Source: an uncultured Bacteroidia bacterium (GTDB taxonomy: Bacteria; Bacteroidota; Bacteroidia; J057; JADKCL01). From it: 64,000 bases of DNA. This document shows positions 1 through 13,700 of this stretch, piece by piece. The notes beneath the pieces are model-generated. The model did not search any database. It had not been told where the DNA came from and saw only the letters and a program-made list of their open reading frames with translations. Made by a program: the position numbers and the translations under genes. Position 1 is the stretch's first letter. Each line of letters starts with the position of its first letter. The stretch is taken from the NCBI GenBank assembly GCA_964352215.1, contig CAYGRE010000005.1, positions 18,527 to 82,526 on the forward strand. Direction: 5' to 3'.

Positions 1-1760
1 GCTGGTGACAGACCCATTCGGATCCACAGAACCGCTGCCTGTGAAGTCTACGGTCAAGGTCGGGCTGCATGCTTGCACATCCGCCTGACAGAACGCTACC
101 GGGGCAAATGAACCTTCACACTCAGGCCCGACCGCGAAGTTCTGCTGAATCTCAGCCGGGCTGAGCGCATCGTTGTAAATCGCGACCAGGTGCATCTCAC
201 CTAACCAGGCACGGTTGTTGGTCAACTCATTGGCCAGGGCCAACTCAAAGTTGGCATCCCAGTTGCTGAGGTTGCCACCTCTGGTACCAGTCTCCACGGC
301 CACACCATCCACATAGATGATCCAGGCACCCCCGACATCGCGGGTAAAGACCACATGCTGGAGGTTCGTTGCCACCGCATTGTTGTTGCCATTCAGGTCA
401 GGCGTGCCATTTGCGGCACTCGTGGTCGTACGCACACGGGACATATAGTCGTTGCCATCCTGACCCAGGGTCCAGTTGCGGTTAAATGGATCAGCGGACA
501 TGGTCACGATCCGTGAAGGACCACCCTGAGAAGTATTCGCCGGTGCAACCCAGGCTTCTACAGTCACCTCATTGGTAGCCGCACATGCCGTCTGAATCTT
601 GGCAGCAGCCGTTACCGAATGGATGGTAGTTGCCGAATTCACAGACAGTGCAGAACCACCCACCCAACTGACATTAGATGGATTGTCGATGGTCAGATCG
701 AGCGGTGTCAGGTAACCAGAGTAATCATGGACCGTATTGCCGCTTCCCTCGGTGAAGGTATAATAGGCAACCAGGTTATTGGTGACACGGCCAGCGACAT
801 TGTTGGTGACGGTCACCGTATTGGTGCAGGTTCCAACCAAGCCTGTATTGTCCGTGACGGTGAGGGTAACCGTATAGGTTCCAGCCGCTGCGTAGACATG
901 GGTTGGGCTGACCTGGCCGGAGCCATTGCCGTCACCGAAGTCCCAGGCATAGCTGGCGATAGAACCATCGGGATCGGTAGAGTTGCTACCGTCGAAGTCC
1001 ACACTCAAGCCATTGTCACATTCGTCAACCTCTGCCGTACAGAAGCCAACCGGAGGATAATTGCCAGCACAGCCACCACCTACGGCGAGATTCTGCTGAA
1101 TCTCCGCGAGGCTCAATGCCTTGTTGTAGATCGCGACCAGCTTGACATCACCCAACCAGGCACGGTTGTTAGTCAGCTCATTGGCAATCGCCAATTCGAA
1201 GTTGGCATCCCAGTTGCTGAAGTCGCCCCCGCGGAAGTTACCCGCCTGAACCGCACCATCTACGTAGATCTGCCAGACACCAATCGCGTCACGGGTCATG
1301 ACCACGTGTTGCAGATTGTTGGTGACAGCTCCTGCATTGGAGATCAAATCAGGTGTACCGTTGGCAGCGGAAGTTGAAGTCCGCAGACGACCGCGGTAAG
1401 TATTGCCTTCCTGACCCAGGGTCCAGTTGCGGTTAAACGGATCAGAACTCATGGTGACGATCCTCGCCGGACCACCCTGAGAAGTATTGGCGGGAGCTAC
1501 CCAGGCCTCTACCGTGATCTCACCGGTGGCGCCACATGCATTGGCAATCTTGGTAGCAGGCACACCCGAAGAAATGATCGTACCCGCATTGATATTGACA
1601 CCGTTGTCCGTGAGCCAGGTCACATTGCCGGGATTGTCGATCACGAGATCAAGTGGAGCACCGTAGCCACTCAGGTCATGGACTACACTTCCACCACCTT
1701 CAACGAAGGGGTAGTAGGCGATCAGGCCATCAGAGACCCGGTCGTTGGCACATGGGTTGC
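1..1760 (-). other. LamG(Laminin_G_3)-PKD-LamG-PKD(partial) block
   Basis: LamG copies lie at ~1095-1760 and ~145-790, offset by 951 nt. Both end ..NRAWLG[DE][VM][KH]LVAIYN[KD]ALS.AEIQQN. The PKD domain at ~805-1020 reads SVDFDGSNSTDPDGSIASYAWDFGDGNGSGQVSPTHVYAAAGTYTVTLTVTDN. A second PKD domain begins at ~75 and is cut by the window edge. Confidence 0.65.
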
Positions 1761-4700
1761 AATCGTTACCGACGACTACACTGTCGAGTAAGGCGCAACC
1801 ATTGTCATCTACGGCCAATACCTGGTAGGTACCGGCTGGCAGACCACTCAAGGTATCGGTTCCGTTGCCAGTACCTACCGCGTAGGTAATGGTCAGAATC
1901 GGAGCATCACCGGCACTGGCATCATAGGCCTTCGCTTCGCGGAGACCGGAACCAGCCAGGATAAATGCCATGCTGTTGCCATCTGCCCAGCCACCACGGT
2001 TGACAATCTCTTGCACCGCTGCGGTAAGATCAGGCGTATTGTAAGATGCATTCGCCGTCCAGGCCGGTACGTTACTCCAGGCTATGGTGCTTGGAGTTGC
2101 GGTCCGGATCAGGAGATTGGCAGGCGCACTCGTAATCGGAAGTGCATCATCGGAATAATCACCATAGATGCTAAAGTTGGCCACACTTGACTGAGAGCTT
2201 AGAGCCTCAAAAGTAATGTAGGCTGACTGAACCGTAGCCCCCTGAGGTACATTGACCCCCTGGAAGCGGACACCGACAAATTGTGGATCGGAAGGATCGT
2301 TGTTGTCGTAGCCAATCTCCAGGGAAGGACTGTTGAGGTTCATCGCGCCGGAAGTCAGGGTCTGCTCAGCATCATCGCTGCTGGTCGCCACCTGGGTAGA
2401 TGAACTTGCGCCACCTACCAAAGTCAGGATATGGGGAGCCGACCCACCGCTGGCGTAGATAGCGCCAGTACCGCCACAAGCAGCACCCACACCTACCAAT
2501 TCCAGTTCATCCGGCTGATCCAGAGTCACCTGATCGGTGAAGGAACAGCCATTGGCATCGGTCACCGTCACCGTATAGGTGCCGGCATTCAACCCGGTAT
2601 TGGACAATGGCTGCGTCCACGTTACCTCAAGAACAGGTGCCAAACCAGGATCTTCATCGTAAGAAGAAGCATTCCGATAGCCAGTTCCATTGACCACCAC
2701 AGCCAGATCATTGCCAGAAATCCAGCCCGCACGGTTCACGACCTCCTGAACAACCGCACTGAGGTCAGGCGTATTGTAGGTCTGGCCACTTACCCAGTTG
2801 GGAACGTTCCAGGCAACACTGCTTGCAGTCAGCGGACGGATACCCACATTGTTGTTGGCAGTGGTAAATCCGGCAGCATTGTCAGAGGACTCAGCCCGGA
2901 AGGTCAAGCTGGCCAGGCCGGAAGCATTGTCCTCTGAGATAAAGAGAATCTTCGCACTGGTAATGGTAGCCCCTTGTGGAACGGCCAAATCAGGGAAGCG
3001 GATACCCACCAATTGGGGATCAGAAGGATTGTTGTTGTCATAACCCATCTCCAGCGAGACACTGTTGGTATTCACAGCACCACTGGTCAGGGTTTGTTCT
3101 GCATCATCACCGGAAGCCATCGGAGTCGAAGTCACATTTCCGGTTGGTACAGTCAGAGAATAAGTATAAGGCTGAGTTCCACCGGTAGCGGTGACGGTCC
3201 CGTCACTGCCACCAAAGCAAAGTGGATCCTGACCGTTGAGGGCAAGCGCAGCCGGTTCAGTCAAAGTGACATTGGCTACTGCAACATTACCGATGCCATC
3301 GGTAACGGTTACCGAATAGGTACCCGCGGCCAGACCCGTCGCAGTTGCGGTGGTCTGTGAACCTGCATTGGCGTCCCAGAGATAGCTAAAGGGTGGCAAA
3401 CCACCAGTAACGGTAACGGTCGCTTCCCCAGTCGCATCCCCATTGCAAAGCACAGGGCTGGTCACAGCCGCAACCGCAGAAATAGGAGGCGCAACCGCAC
3501 TGACAAATACGGTATCACTTGAATAACACCCATTTGCATCAGCCACTTTCACCAGGTAAACCCCAGTAGCAAGACCGGTTGCAGTCTGCGTGGTTTGACT
3601 ACCGGTACTGGGCGGCCAGAGGTAAATAAATGGAGGTGTTCCACCGGAAACGTTGGCGATGGCTTCCCCATCATTTGAAGTTGGGGTGGAAGCAGCGACC
3701 GTATTGACCGCGTTCACAGTCAGTGGTGCGGGTTCCGTAATCTCAACGGTATCGAGGGCGGTACAACCATTGCCGTCAGTCGCCTTCACGAAGTAGGTGC
3801 CGACACCGAGGTTGGTATTGCCAACCACGGAAGTAGTCGCATATTCGACCACCAGTACCGGAGCACCAGCCTGGTTGCCATTGTAAGAGAAAGCTCTTCT
3901 GCGGCCCTGACCATCTACCCGGAACAACATGCTGTTGCCACTGCTCCAGCCACCACGGTTCACAATCTCCTGTACAATCCCGCTCAGATCAGGGGTGCGC
4001 TCATCGGCACCTGCCTGACCCGCAACAGTCCAGTTGGGAGGACTCCAGGTGACAACAGAGCTGGTCACCGGACGGTTGGTGATATTGTTGGTGGCATTCT
4101 GGATTACAGAGGCATCATCCGATGCTTCACCCAGGATATTCAGATTCGAAGGATTCAGGTTACCGGTATTTTCCGCCGTGAATTGGATGTAGGCATTGGT
4201 AATCGCGGCTCCCTGTGGAATGGCCACATTGCGGAAGCGTACCCCGACAACCTGATTGCCATTGTTAGCACCGTCAAAGACCAGTTCCAGATCATTGTTG
4301 CCCAGATTCGTAGAACCATTGGCACGTTGCTCAGCATCATCGGCTCCAAAGGAAACCTGGTTGCTGATCGTATTCACCGTCGCTGCATAGACAACCACGT
4401 TTATGGGGCCTGTACCACCGGAAGCGGTGATCTCTCCATCGGAAGCACCGTTGCAACTGACATCGTTGCTGCTGATCACGATCGGAGCAGGCTCGCCAAT
4501 GGTGATAGTCGAAGTATTCGAACAACCGTTGGCATCCGTAGCCGTCACGGTATAAGTACCGGCAGGCAGGTTCGTATTGGAAGGCAATGTGGTGCTGTAC
4601 TGTACACTCAGGACAGGCGCATCGGCCGGAGATCCATTGTAAGAATACGCACTGCGACGACCGGCTCCATTCAGGAAGAGCGAGAGGTCATTGCCCGCAC

Positions 4701-7700
4701 TCCAACCGGAACGGTTGACAATTTCCTGTACCACACCACTCAGATCCGGCGTTTGCTGGTCTGCCCCAGCCTGCCCAATGGTATTCCAGTTGGCAGGTGA
4801 CCAGTTGACACTGGCGCTGGTATTGGCACGGGTAGAAAGGTCGAAGGTCGAGTTGGCGAAGTTAGCAGAATTGTCCGCTGCCTCTCCGGTAATGACCAGG
4901 TTGGAAGGATTCGTATTGTTGGTATTCTGCGCGGTGAACTGAACCCTGGCGTCGACAATAATCGCTCCCTGGGGAATGTTCACGTTCCGATAGCGGAGAC
5001 CAACCGTCTGGAGACCCTGGTTATTGTTTGAGAATACCATGCGGAGGTGGTTGCGGCCTCCTCTGACCGTACCGTTCTGATCTTCTTCCGCATCATCCTG
5101 TCCGCCCACAATTGGTAAGACAACTGAGTTAGCGGAAGTCGTGATCGTGTAAGTATAAGGTGCAGTACCACCAGAAGCGACGATCTGTCCATCCGAATCA
5201 CCATTGCAACTCACATCTACACCGGCGAGGGAGATGTTGGAACTGGTCTGGGTAAGGGTCACAGTTGCGACAGCAGTACAGCCGTTCGCGTCGGTAATGG
5301 TTACACTGTAGGTGCCGGGGTTCAAACCAGTTGCCAGAGCAGTCGTCTGATTGCCCGCAGCAGCATCCCATTGATACGTGTAAGCAGGAGTGCCACCGGT
5401 AGCGCTGGCCAGGGCTTCCCCTGAATTCGGAGCACCACATCCACCTTGAACGGTTACGGTCGCACTGGCAACCAGTGCAATAGGACTGGTTACGGTAGCG
5501 GAAGCAGTCGCAGTACAATTGTTGGCATCGGTAATGGTCACCGTATAAGTTCCACCAGCCAAACCGCTCAGGTCTTCAGTTGTCGCACCATTGGACCAGC
5601 TGAAGCTGTAAGGTGCAGTTCCACCAGAGACCGACAGATCAACCGTTCCATCGGAAGCGCCATTGCAGGATTCATCCGTAGAAGTGACAGCGGAAGTAAC
5701 CGCAGCCGGTTCACCCACAGAAGCGGACGCATTGCTGGTGCAACCATTGGCATCGGTAACAACTACGGTATAGGTTCCGGCGGTCACGCCGCTCAGGTCC
5801 TCGGTGGTAGCACCATTGCTCCAGTTGAAGCTGTAGGGTGCAGTACCACCGGTGACGCTCAGATCAACCAGGCCACTGGCATCCCCATTACAGAGGGCAT
5901 CGGTAGCAGAGGTAGTCAGAACAATAGCGGTAGATCCGGTCACGGTTGCAGAGGCAGTAGCGGTGCAATTGTTCGCATCGGTAATGGTCACGGTATAGGT
6001 TCCAGCGGTCAGACCACTCAGGTCTTCAGTAGTCGCACCATTGGACCAGCTGAAGCTGTAAGGTGCGGTACCACCGGAGACGGTAAGGTCCACGGTCCCA
6101 TCGGAACCTCCATTGCAGGATTCATTGGTTGAAGTAGCAGTCGCCGCAATTGCGACCGGTTCTGCCACCGTAGCCGAAGCAGTCGAAGTACAGTTATTCG
6201 CATCGGTAATGGTCACCGTATAAGTTCCACCGGCCAGACCGCTCAGGTCTTCGCTCGTTGCACCATTGGACCAGCTGAAGCTGTAAGGTGCAGTACCACC
6301 ACTGACGCTCAGGTCAATGCTGCCATCATTGGCACCCAGGCAACTTGCATCGGTCGCAACCGCAGTGCCGGCAATTGCCGTCGGCTCATTTACCGCTGCA
6401 GTTCCCGTGACGGTACAATTGTTTGCATCCGACAAGGTCACGGTGTAGGAACCAGCCGGGACACCACTGATGTCTTCGGTGGTGGCGCCATTGGACCAGC
6501 TAAAGGAATAAGGAGGAGTGCCGCCGCTTACGGTAAGGTCAACTGCGCCATTGGCTGCGCCATTGCAAATCAGATCGGTTGCAGTCAGCGTAAAGCTGAT
6601 CGCAGATGGATCATTCAAAGTTGCGCTTGCGGTCGCTGAACAGTTGTTGGCATCGGTGATGGTCACCGTATAGGTGCCAGCTCCGATTCCATTGACATCT
6701 TCAGTGGTAGCGGTAGTGCTCCAGGCATAAGTATAAGGAGCAGTTCCACCTGTCACCGTCAGGTCAATGAACCCATCGGTAGCGCCATTGCAGGAAGGAT
6801 CAGTTACTGTTGTTGAAGCCGTGATAGCAGTTGGTTCGGTTAAAGATGTGCTACCGGTAGCAGTACATCCATTTGCATCCGTAACCGTTACACCGTAAAG
6901 CCCGGCACTCAGACCACTGAGGTCTTCAGTCGTTGCGGCATTGCTCCAAGCATAAGTATAGGGAGCAGTTCCACCGGCAACAGACAGGTCAATTGAACCA
7001 TCCGTGCCTGCATTGCAGGAAATATCGGTACTGGTAAAGGCCAGGGAAACAACCGCTGGCTCACCTACGGTGTAGTTTCCAACCTCTACACAACCGTTGG
7101 CATCGGTCAGGGTGACAGCATAGCTGCCCGCAGCCAGACCGGAAACATTCTGGGTGGTTGGTCCGTGACTCCACATATAGCCATAGCTACCGGCTCCACC
7201 AGAAGGCGTGATGCTTATCGCACCATCAGAGAGGCCATTGCAGCTGACATCGGTAATCGTTTCATTCAAGCCCAATGGGAAAGGCTCTATCAGTGAGGAT
7301 TGCTGCGTGGTTACACAGCCATTGGCATCAGTCACAGTCACAGAATAATTACCAGATCCAAGGCCAGTCACATTCTGGGTGAGGGCGCCGGTGCTCCAAT
7401 TGTAGCTAAATGGAGCGGTGCCACCTACGACAAAGAGGTTGAATCCACCGTCCATCGCACCCGTACAAGAGATATTCACCTTTTGCATGATGAGGGTCAA
7501 AGCAGCGGGTTGGGCCACCGTTGCAGAAGCAGTGGAAATACATCCATTACCATCGGTCACAGTCACCGTATAGGTACCAGCCGCGAGACTGGAAATGTCT
7601 TCCGAAGTCGCACCGGTTGTCCAGGCGTAAGTATAAGGAGGTATTCCTCCACTGATGCTCAGGTCAACCGTGCCATCAGTTCCGCCGTTGCAATTGACAT

Positions 7701-10700
7701 CGGTGGCAACTGTGGTCAATACCAGGATGGCTGGTTCTGCAACCGTTGCAGAAGCACTGGCGGTGCAGCCATTTGCATCGGTGATGACCACGCTGTAGGA
7801 ACCTGCAGTGAGGCCGGAAAGGTCTTCGGTAACCGCGCCAGTATTCCAGAGGTAGGTCACCGGAGAAACAGCACCTGTTACGGTCAGGTCAATACTTCCA
7901 TCTGCAGCCCCAAAACAACTTACGTCCGTCGCAATGGCAGCAGCCTGAATGGCCACCGGCTCTCCGACACTTGCGGTGAGGACTTCCTGACAGCCATTGG
8001 CATCAGTAATCGTTACCACATAAGTTCCGGCTGAGACTCCACTGAGGTCTTCGGTAGTTGCACTGTTGTCCCAGCTAAAGGTAAAGGGCGCTGTACCTCC
8101 GCTGACAGACAGGTCAACGGACCCGTCACTGCCACCATTGCAGGTGACATCCGTAGCAGAAACAGTGGCGCTGATAGCTGAAGGAGCATTTACGTTGGCC
8201 GAAGCAGTGCCTGTACAGCCGCTTGCATCGGTAACCGTAACCGTATAGGTTCCGGAACCCACCGCAGCCAAATCTTCTGTGGTAGCCCCATTGCTCCATG
8301 CATAAGTGAGCGGTGCGACGCCATTGGTAACAGTCAAATCAACACTGCCATCCGCCAAACCGTTACAAGAACCGTCGGTAGTGGCAAGGCTCAATTGAAT
8401 GGCGGCCGGTTCTGCAATCGTTACGATCGCATTCTCGACACAACCGTTTGCATCGGTCACCTGGACCGCATAAGGCCCGGCAGGGACATTGTTCAAATCC
8501 TGGGTGGTAGCATTGGTACTCCACAGATAGGAGAATCCACCCACACCGCCAGTTGCAGTCAGGTCAATATTGCCATCAGAGAGGCCATTGCAAGAAACGT
8601 CAGAAAGGTTAAAGCTGAGGTTGATAGCTGGAGGAGCTAAAATCTCAACACTGTCAATAGCGACACATCCTTTGTCATCGGTCACAGTAACTACATAAGT
8701 TCCGGCAGTCAATTGACCAATATTCTTAGTCGTATCTCCATTGCTCCACATATAACTGAAGAGTGGAGAGCCACCCGTGATACCCAGCACGATTGAACCA
8801 TTTCCTTCGTTGTTACAGGCCAGGTTGGTCGTCGTAAAGCTGATCGCAATGGAATCCGGCTGGGAAACCTCGGCAGAATCTACCACCACACAGCCCTGAT
8901 TATCGGTCAGGGTGACAGTGTACAGACCAGCACTAAGGTTAGTCAGGTCCTCAGAAGTAGCCCCATTGCTCCAGAGATAGGTATAGGTACGTCCGGTATT
9001 GGAAACAGTCAGATCAATGCCACCGTCCGTATCACCATAGCAAACGAGGTCAAACACCTGGAAGGACAGGCTCGGAGCGGCAGGCTCATTGATCGAATAG
9101 GTACCGGAGGCGGTGCATCCATTGGCATCGGTGACTACCACAGAATAGCTACCAGCGGTAAGGCCGTTGATGTCTTCGCTGTTTGCAGAGTTGCTCCAGG
9201 TGAAGACAAAGGGAGCCACGCCATGGGTGACGGTCAGATCAAGCGCACCGTCATTGCCACCTGGACAGGTCACATCGGTCGCGGTTGCATTCAGCACAAT
9301 GGCCAAAGGATCGGTCAAGGTGACCGTCCCGGTCGCCACGTCACTGTTGTTGTCAGTAACGGTTACGCTGTACGTGCCAGCGGCAAGACCAGTTGCAGTT
9401 GCAGTCGTCTGGTTGCCGGCAGCCGCATCCCATTGGAATGAGTAGGGTGGTACACCACCGGTAACAAAAGCAGTAGCTTCACCATCATTTCCACCCGCGC
9501 AGGAGATTGCAGCCGTCTGGTTGACGGTTACAACCAATTGGCCGGCAGGATCAGGAACCAATGCGGTATCGGCTGCGACACATCCATTGGCGTCGGTCAC
9601 GGTTACAGTATAGATACCGGCAGAAAGTCCGGTAGCAGTTGCCGTGGTCTGGCTGCCAGCATTGGCATCCCAGAGATAAGTATAAGGAGGTGTTCCGCCG
9701 CCGGCGGTCGCAGTAGCTTCACCATCACTTCCACCGGCGGTGGAGATGGGGGAAGACTGAGCTGCGGTCACTGAAACAGCGGAAGGTTCGGTCAGGGTAA
9801 CGGAACCCGTTCCGGTACAGCCATTGGCATCGGTCACGGTAACATCATAAGTGCCAGGAGCGAGGCTGGAAGCATTGGCCAGCGTACCGGCTCCACCGCT
9901 CCAATTGTAAGCATAAGGCGCACATCCGCCGCTTACAGAAACCGTAACTGCACCATCATTGGCACCATTGCAGGTGATTCCTGAAATAATGCTTGCATTG
10001 GCAACCACTGGATCTGGCTCCGTCAGCTCAATGCTGTCCGTTGTAGCACATCCATTGGCATCGGTGACAGTAACCGTATAGGTTCCGGCGCCAAGATTGC
10101 TCTGAGCAGGTCCACCCAGGGCGACCACCTCAATCGCGGAAATCTTTGCATTGTCTACCACCGTCACAAAGCCAATGTCAAGGCTTCCGTCGGTAACGGT
10201 GGCCGTAGTGGTTTCGATGACAGCGGTTCGGAAACCGGCAGTCGCGAATATATCGTAGTCGTCCAGTACCAGTGCCCCTTCGACATTGACATCAAATACA
10301 CGGGCTCCTACACTCTGAGCACCATTGAAGACCTCAGCAAAGTGAAGGTTAACCTGGTAGGTGCCATTGGGAACCGGGATATTGTAATTCATGGTTCCGT
10401 AGCGCTCACTCTTGTACAGGTCAGGATCAGCCGTATTGGCAATGGTCCCGCCCACATTGAAGAAGACACCGCCGGTAGCATATTGATCGGCTGCGAAAAC
10501 ATCTCCATTCGCGGCGGTGTAAGCACCTTGGTTTCCAGTATTCAGGCGAATAACAGTTCCACCCCAATCATAAGTATAAGGAGCGACCCCGCCGGAAGCG
10601 GCAGCATTGATGGAACCATCGGTGGCTCCATTGCAGCTGATATTGAAGCCACAATTGTAGGTGGATGGGGTCAGGCTGACCGCTACGGAGGCAGGTTCTC

Positions 10701-13700
10701 CCACGGTTGCGGTAGCAGTGACCGTGCATCCATTCGCATCGGTAACGTCCACCGAATAGGTACCGGCAGTCAGGCCGGTCGCAGTCGCGGTGGTTTGGTT
10801 GCCGGCGGAAGCATCCCAGAGATAAGTATAAGGTAAGGTTCCACCGGTAGCAGTAACCGAAGCCGTTCCGTCTGCATCCCCGGCACAAGTCGCATCTGAA
10901 GCAGAAGCACTCAGGCTGATGGCCGCAGGTTCGGAAATGGTAACCGCCGCATTGGCGGTACAGCCGTTGGCATCGGTGACCAGAACCGTATAAGTTCCAC
11001 CGGCCAGGCCGGTTGCAGTAGCAGTCGTTTGGGAGCCAGCGGAAACGTCCCATTGGTAAGTATAAGGTGACGTTCCACCGGTGGCAGTTACTGAAGCGGT
11101 TCCGTCACCTGCTCCGTTACAGGACACGTCTGTTCCGTTAGCAGAAGCTGTCAGGGCCGAAGCCGGACCGGCTATCGTAACAGAAGCATTTGCGGTACAT
11201 CCATTGGCATCGGTAACCGATACGCCGTAGGTTCCTGCAATCAGGTTGGAAGCGGTTGCGGTAGTCTGGCTGCCAGCCGCGGCATCCCACTGGATGCTGT
11301 AAGGCGCACAACCACCAGTGGTGGAAACGCTTGCTTGTCCATCGGCAAGGCCGAAGCAGGACTCGTCCTGATCAACCACAGCCGTAGCCACCAGCAGATC
11401 TGGTTCCGTCAGGGCAATGTTTTCGGTGACGCTGCAACCATTGGCGTCGGTGACGACAACCGTATAGCTACCCGCTGGAACACCACTCAGCGTTCCTCCG
11501 GATCCCGTCACTTCGACAATCTCGATCGCACTGATCTTGGCATTGTCCACCAGACCGGTAAATACAAAATTCAAAGTATCGTCCGTAACATTGGCGACCG
11601 TGGTTTTGATCACTGCAGTCATGGTACCAACGTCGGCAATGATATCGTAGTTGCTCAGGAAGGGGACACCTTCTACCTCGACATTCATGATTCGGTCCCC
11701 AATATTGCCAGGCTGGCTGGAGGTTCCGGTGGCACCGTGGAAGATTTCTGCAAAGTGGAGGCGCACTTCATAGGTCCCGTTGGAGACCGGGATATGGTAC
11801 TCCAGAATCTTTGCCCAACGTTCAGTGCGGTACAATTGATCGTCGGTGGTGCCGAGCACATCAACAATATTGTTATTGGTGTATTGCCCGCTGGGGGTTT
11901 GGACAATGGTATAATTCGCGGCATTGTCTGCGGCAAATACATCGCCATTGGCAGCGGTGAAGCTGCCGCCATTGCCGGTATTGATGCGGATCGCATTCTG
12001 GCCGGTTCCCCAACTGTAAGTAAAGGGTGCTGTGCCTCCGGTTGCGGTGGCAGTAATGCTTCCGTCGGTTGCACCGTTGCAACTGACATTGAAGCCGCAA
12101 TTGTAAAGGCTGGGGACCATGCTGACCGCAATCGCGGTTGGTTCGTTCACCGAGACATTCGCGGTTGCGGTACAATTGTTGGCATCGGTTACCGTCACGG
12201 AGTAAGTTCCTCCGGAAAGTCCGGTTGCAGTCGCAGTGGTCTGGCTGCCAGCGGCGACATCCCACAAGTAGGTATAGGGAGCAGTGCCACCCGTAGCCAC
12301 AACTGCAGCTTGTCCATCTGCGGCACCACCACAAGAGACGTCAGCAGCAGAAGTACTGAGGCTGAGGGCTGCAGGTTCCGCAATGGTGACATTGGCGGTT
12401 TCAGTACAGCCATTGGCGTCGGTCACCACCACACTGTAAGTACCACCAGAAAGACTGGTTGCAGTTGCGGTAGTCTGACTTCCGGCGGCAACGTCCCACT
12501 GATAGGTATAGGGTGCAGTGCCACCAACCGCAGCAACTGCGGCCTGGCCATCTGCGGCACCGTTACAAGTAACGTCCACAAATGAAGTGGTGAGACTGAG
12601 AGCAGCAGGTTCTGCAATGGTAACGCTGGCGGTACCCGCACATCCATTGGCATCGGTGATGGTAACGGAATAGGTTCCTCCGGCGAGGCCGGTGGCGGTA
12701 GCCGTAGTCTGGCTTCCGGCGGCCACATCCCAGAGATAACTGAGAGGTGCAGTTCCACCAGTTTGACTGGCGGTGGCTTGTCCATCCGCAGCACCGTTGC
12801 AGGTGACATCGTTGTCAAGTGCAGCGGTAACGGTCAATCCTGATCCGGTTGTGATCACCACGCTGGTGGTCGCTGCGCAACCATTGGCATCGGTAATGGT
12901 AACCGAATAAGTTCCTCCGGCGAGGCCGATAGCGGTGGCGGTGGTTTGGGAACCAGCCGCGGCATCCCAGGCATAGGTGTATGGAGCACACCCACCCGTT
13001 GCGGAAGCAGTGGCTTGCCCATTTGCAAGACCCAGACAAGATTCATCCTGGACAACGGTAGCCGCAGCCACTAGCAAATCAGGCTCGGTGAGAACAACCG
13101 TGTCCGTAAGACTGCAACCATTGGCATCGCTGACAACTACCGTATAACCGCCCGCTGGTACGCCACTCAGTGTACCACCGGCTCCGGTCACCTCGACAAT
13201 CTCAATCGCACTGATCTTGGCATTGTCCACTACCGTCGTGAACACCAGATTCAAAGTATCGTCCGTGACATTGGCGACCGTAGTTTTAATTACCGCGGTC
13301 ATGGTGCCTACGTCGGCAATGATATCATAATTGGTCAGGAAGGGAGTTCCTTCTACTTCGACATTCATGATCCGGTCCCCGATATTGCCTGGCTGGCTGG
13401 GGGTTCCGGTGGCACCATGGTAGATCTCGGCAAAATGTAAACGCACTTCATAGACACCGTTGGCTACCGGAATGTGGTATTCCATCGCCGCGGCATAACG
13501 CTCGGTACGGTACAGTTGATCATCGGTGGTGCCGAGCACGTCGACGATATTGTTATTGACGTATTGTCCGGTTGGAGTCTGGAGAATGGTGAAATTCGCA
13601 GCATTGTCCGCGGCAAATACATCGCCATTGGTAGCGGTGAAGCTGCCTCCATTACCGGTATTGATGCGGATCGCATTCTGACCGGTTCCCCAGTTGTAGA

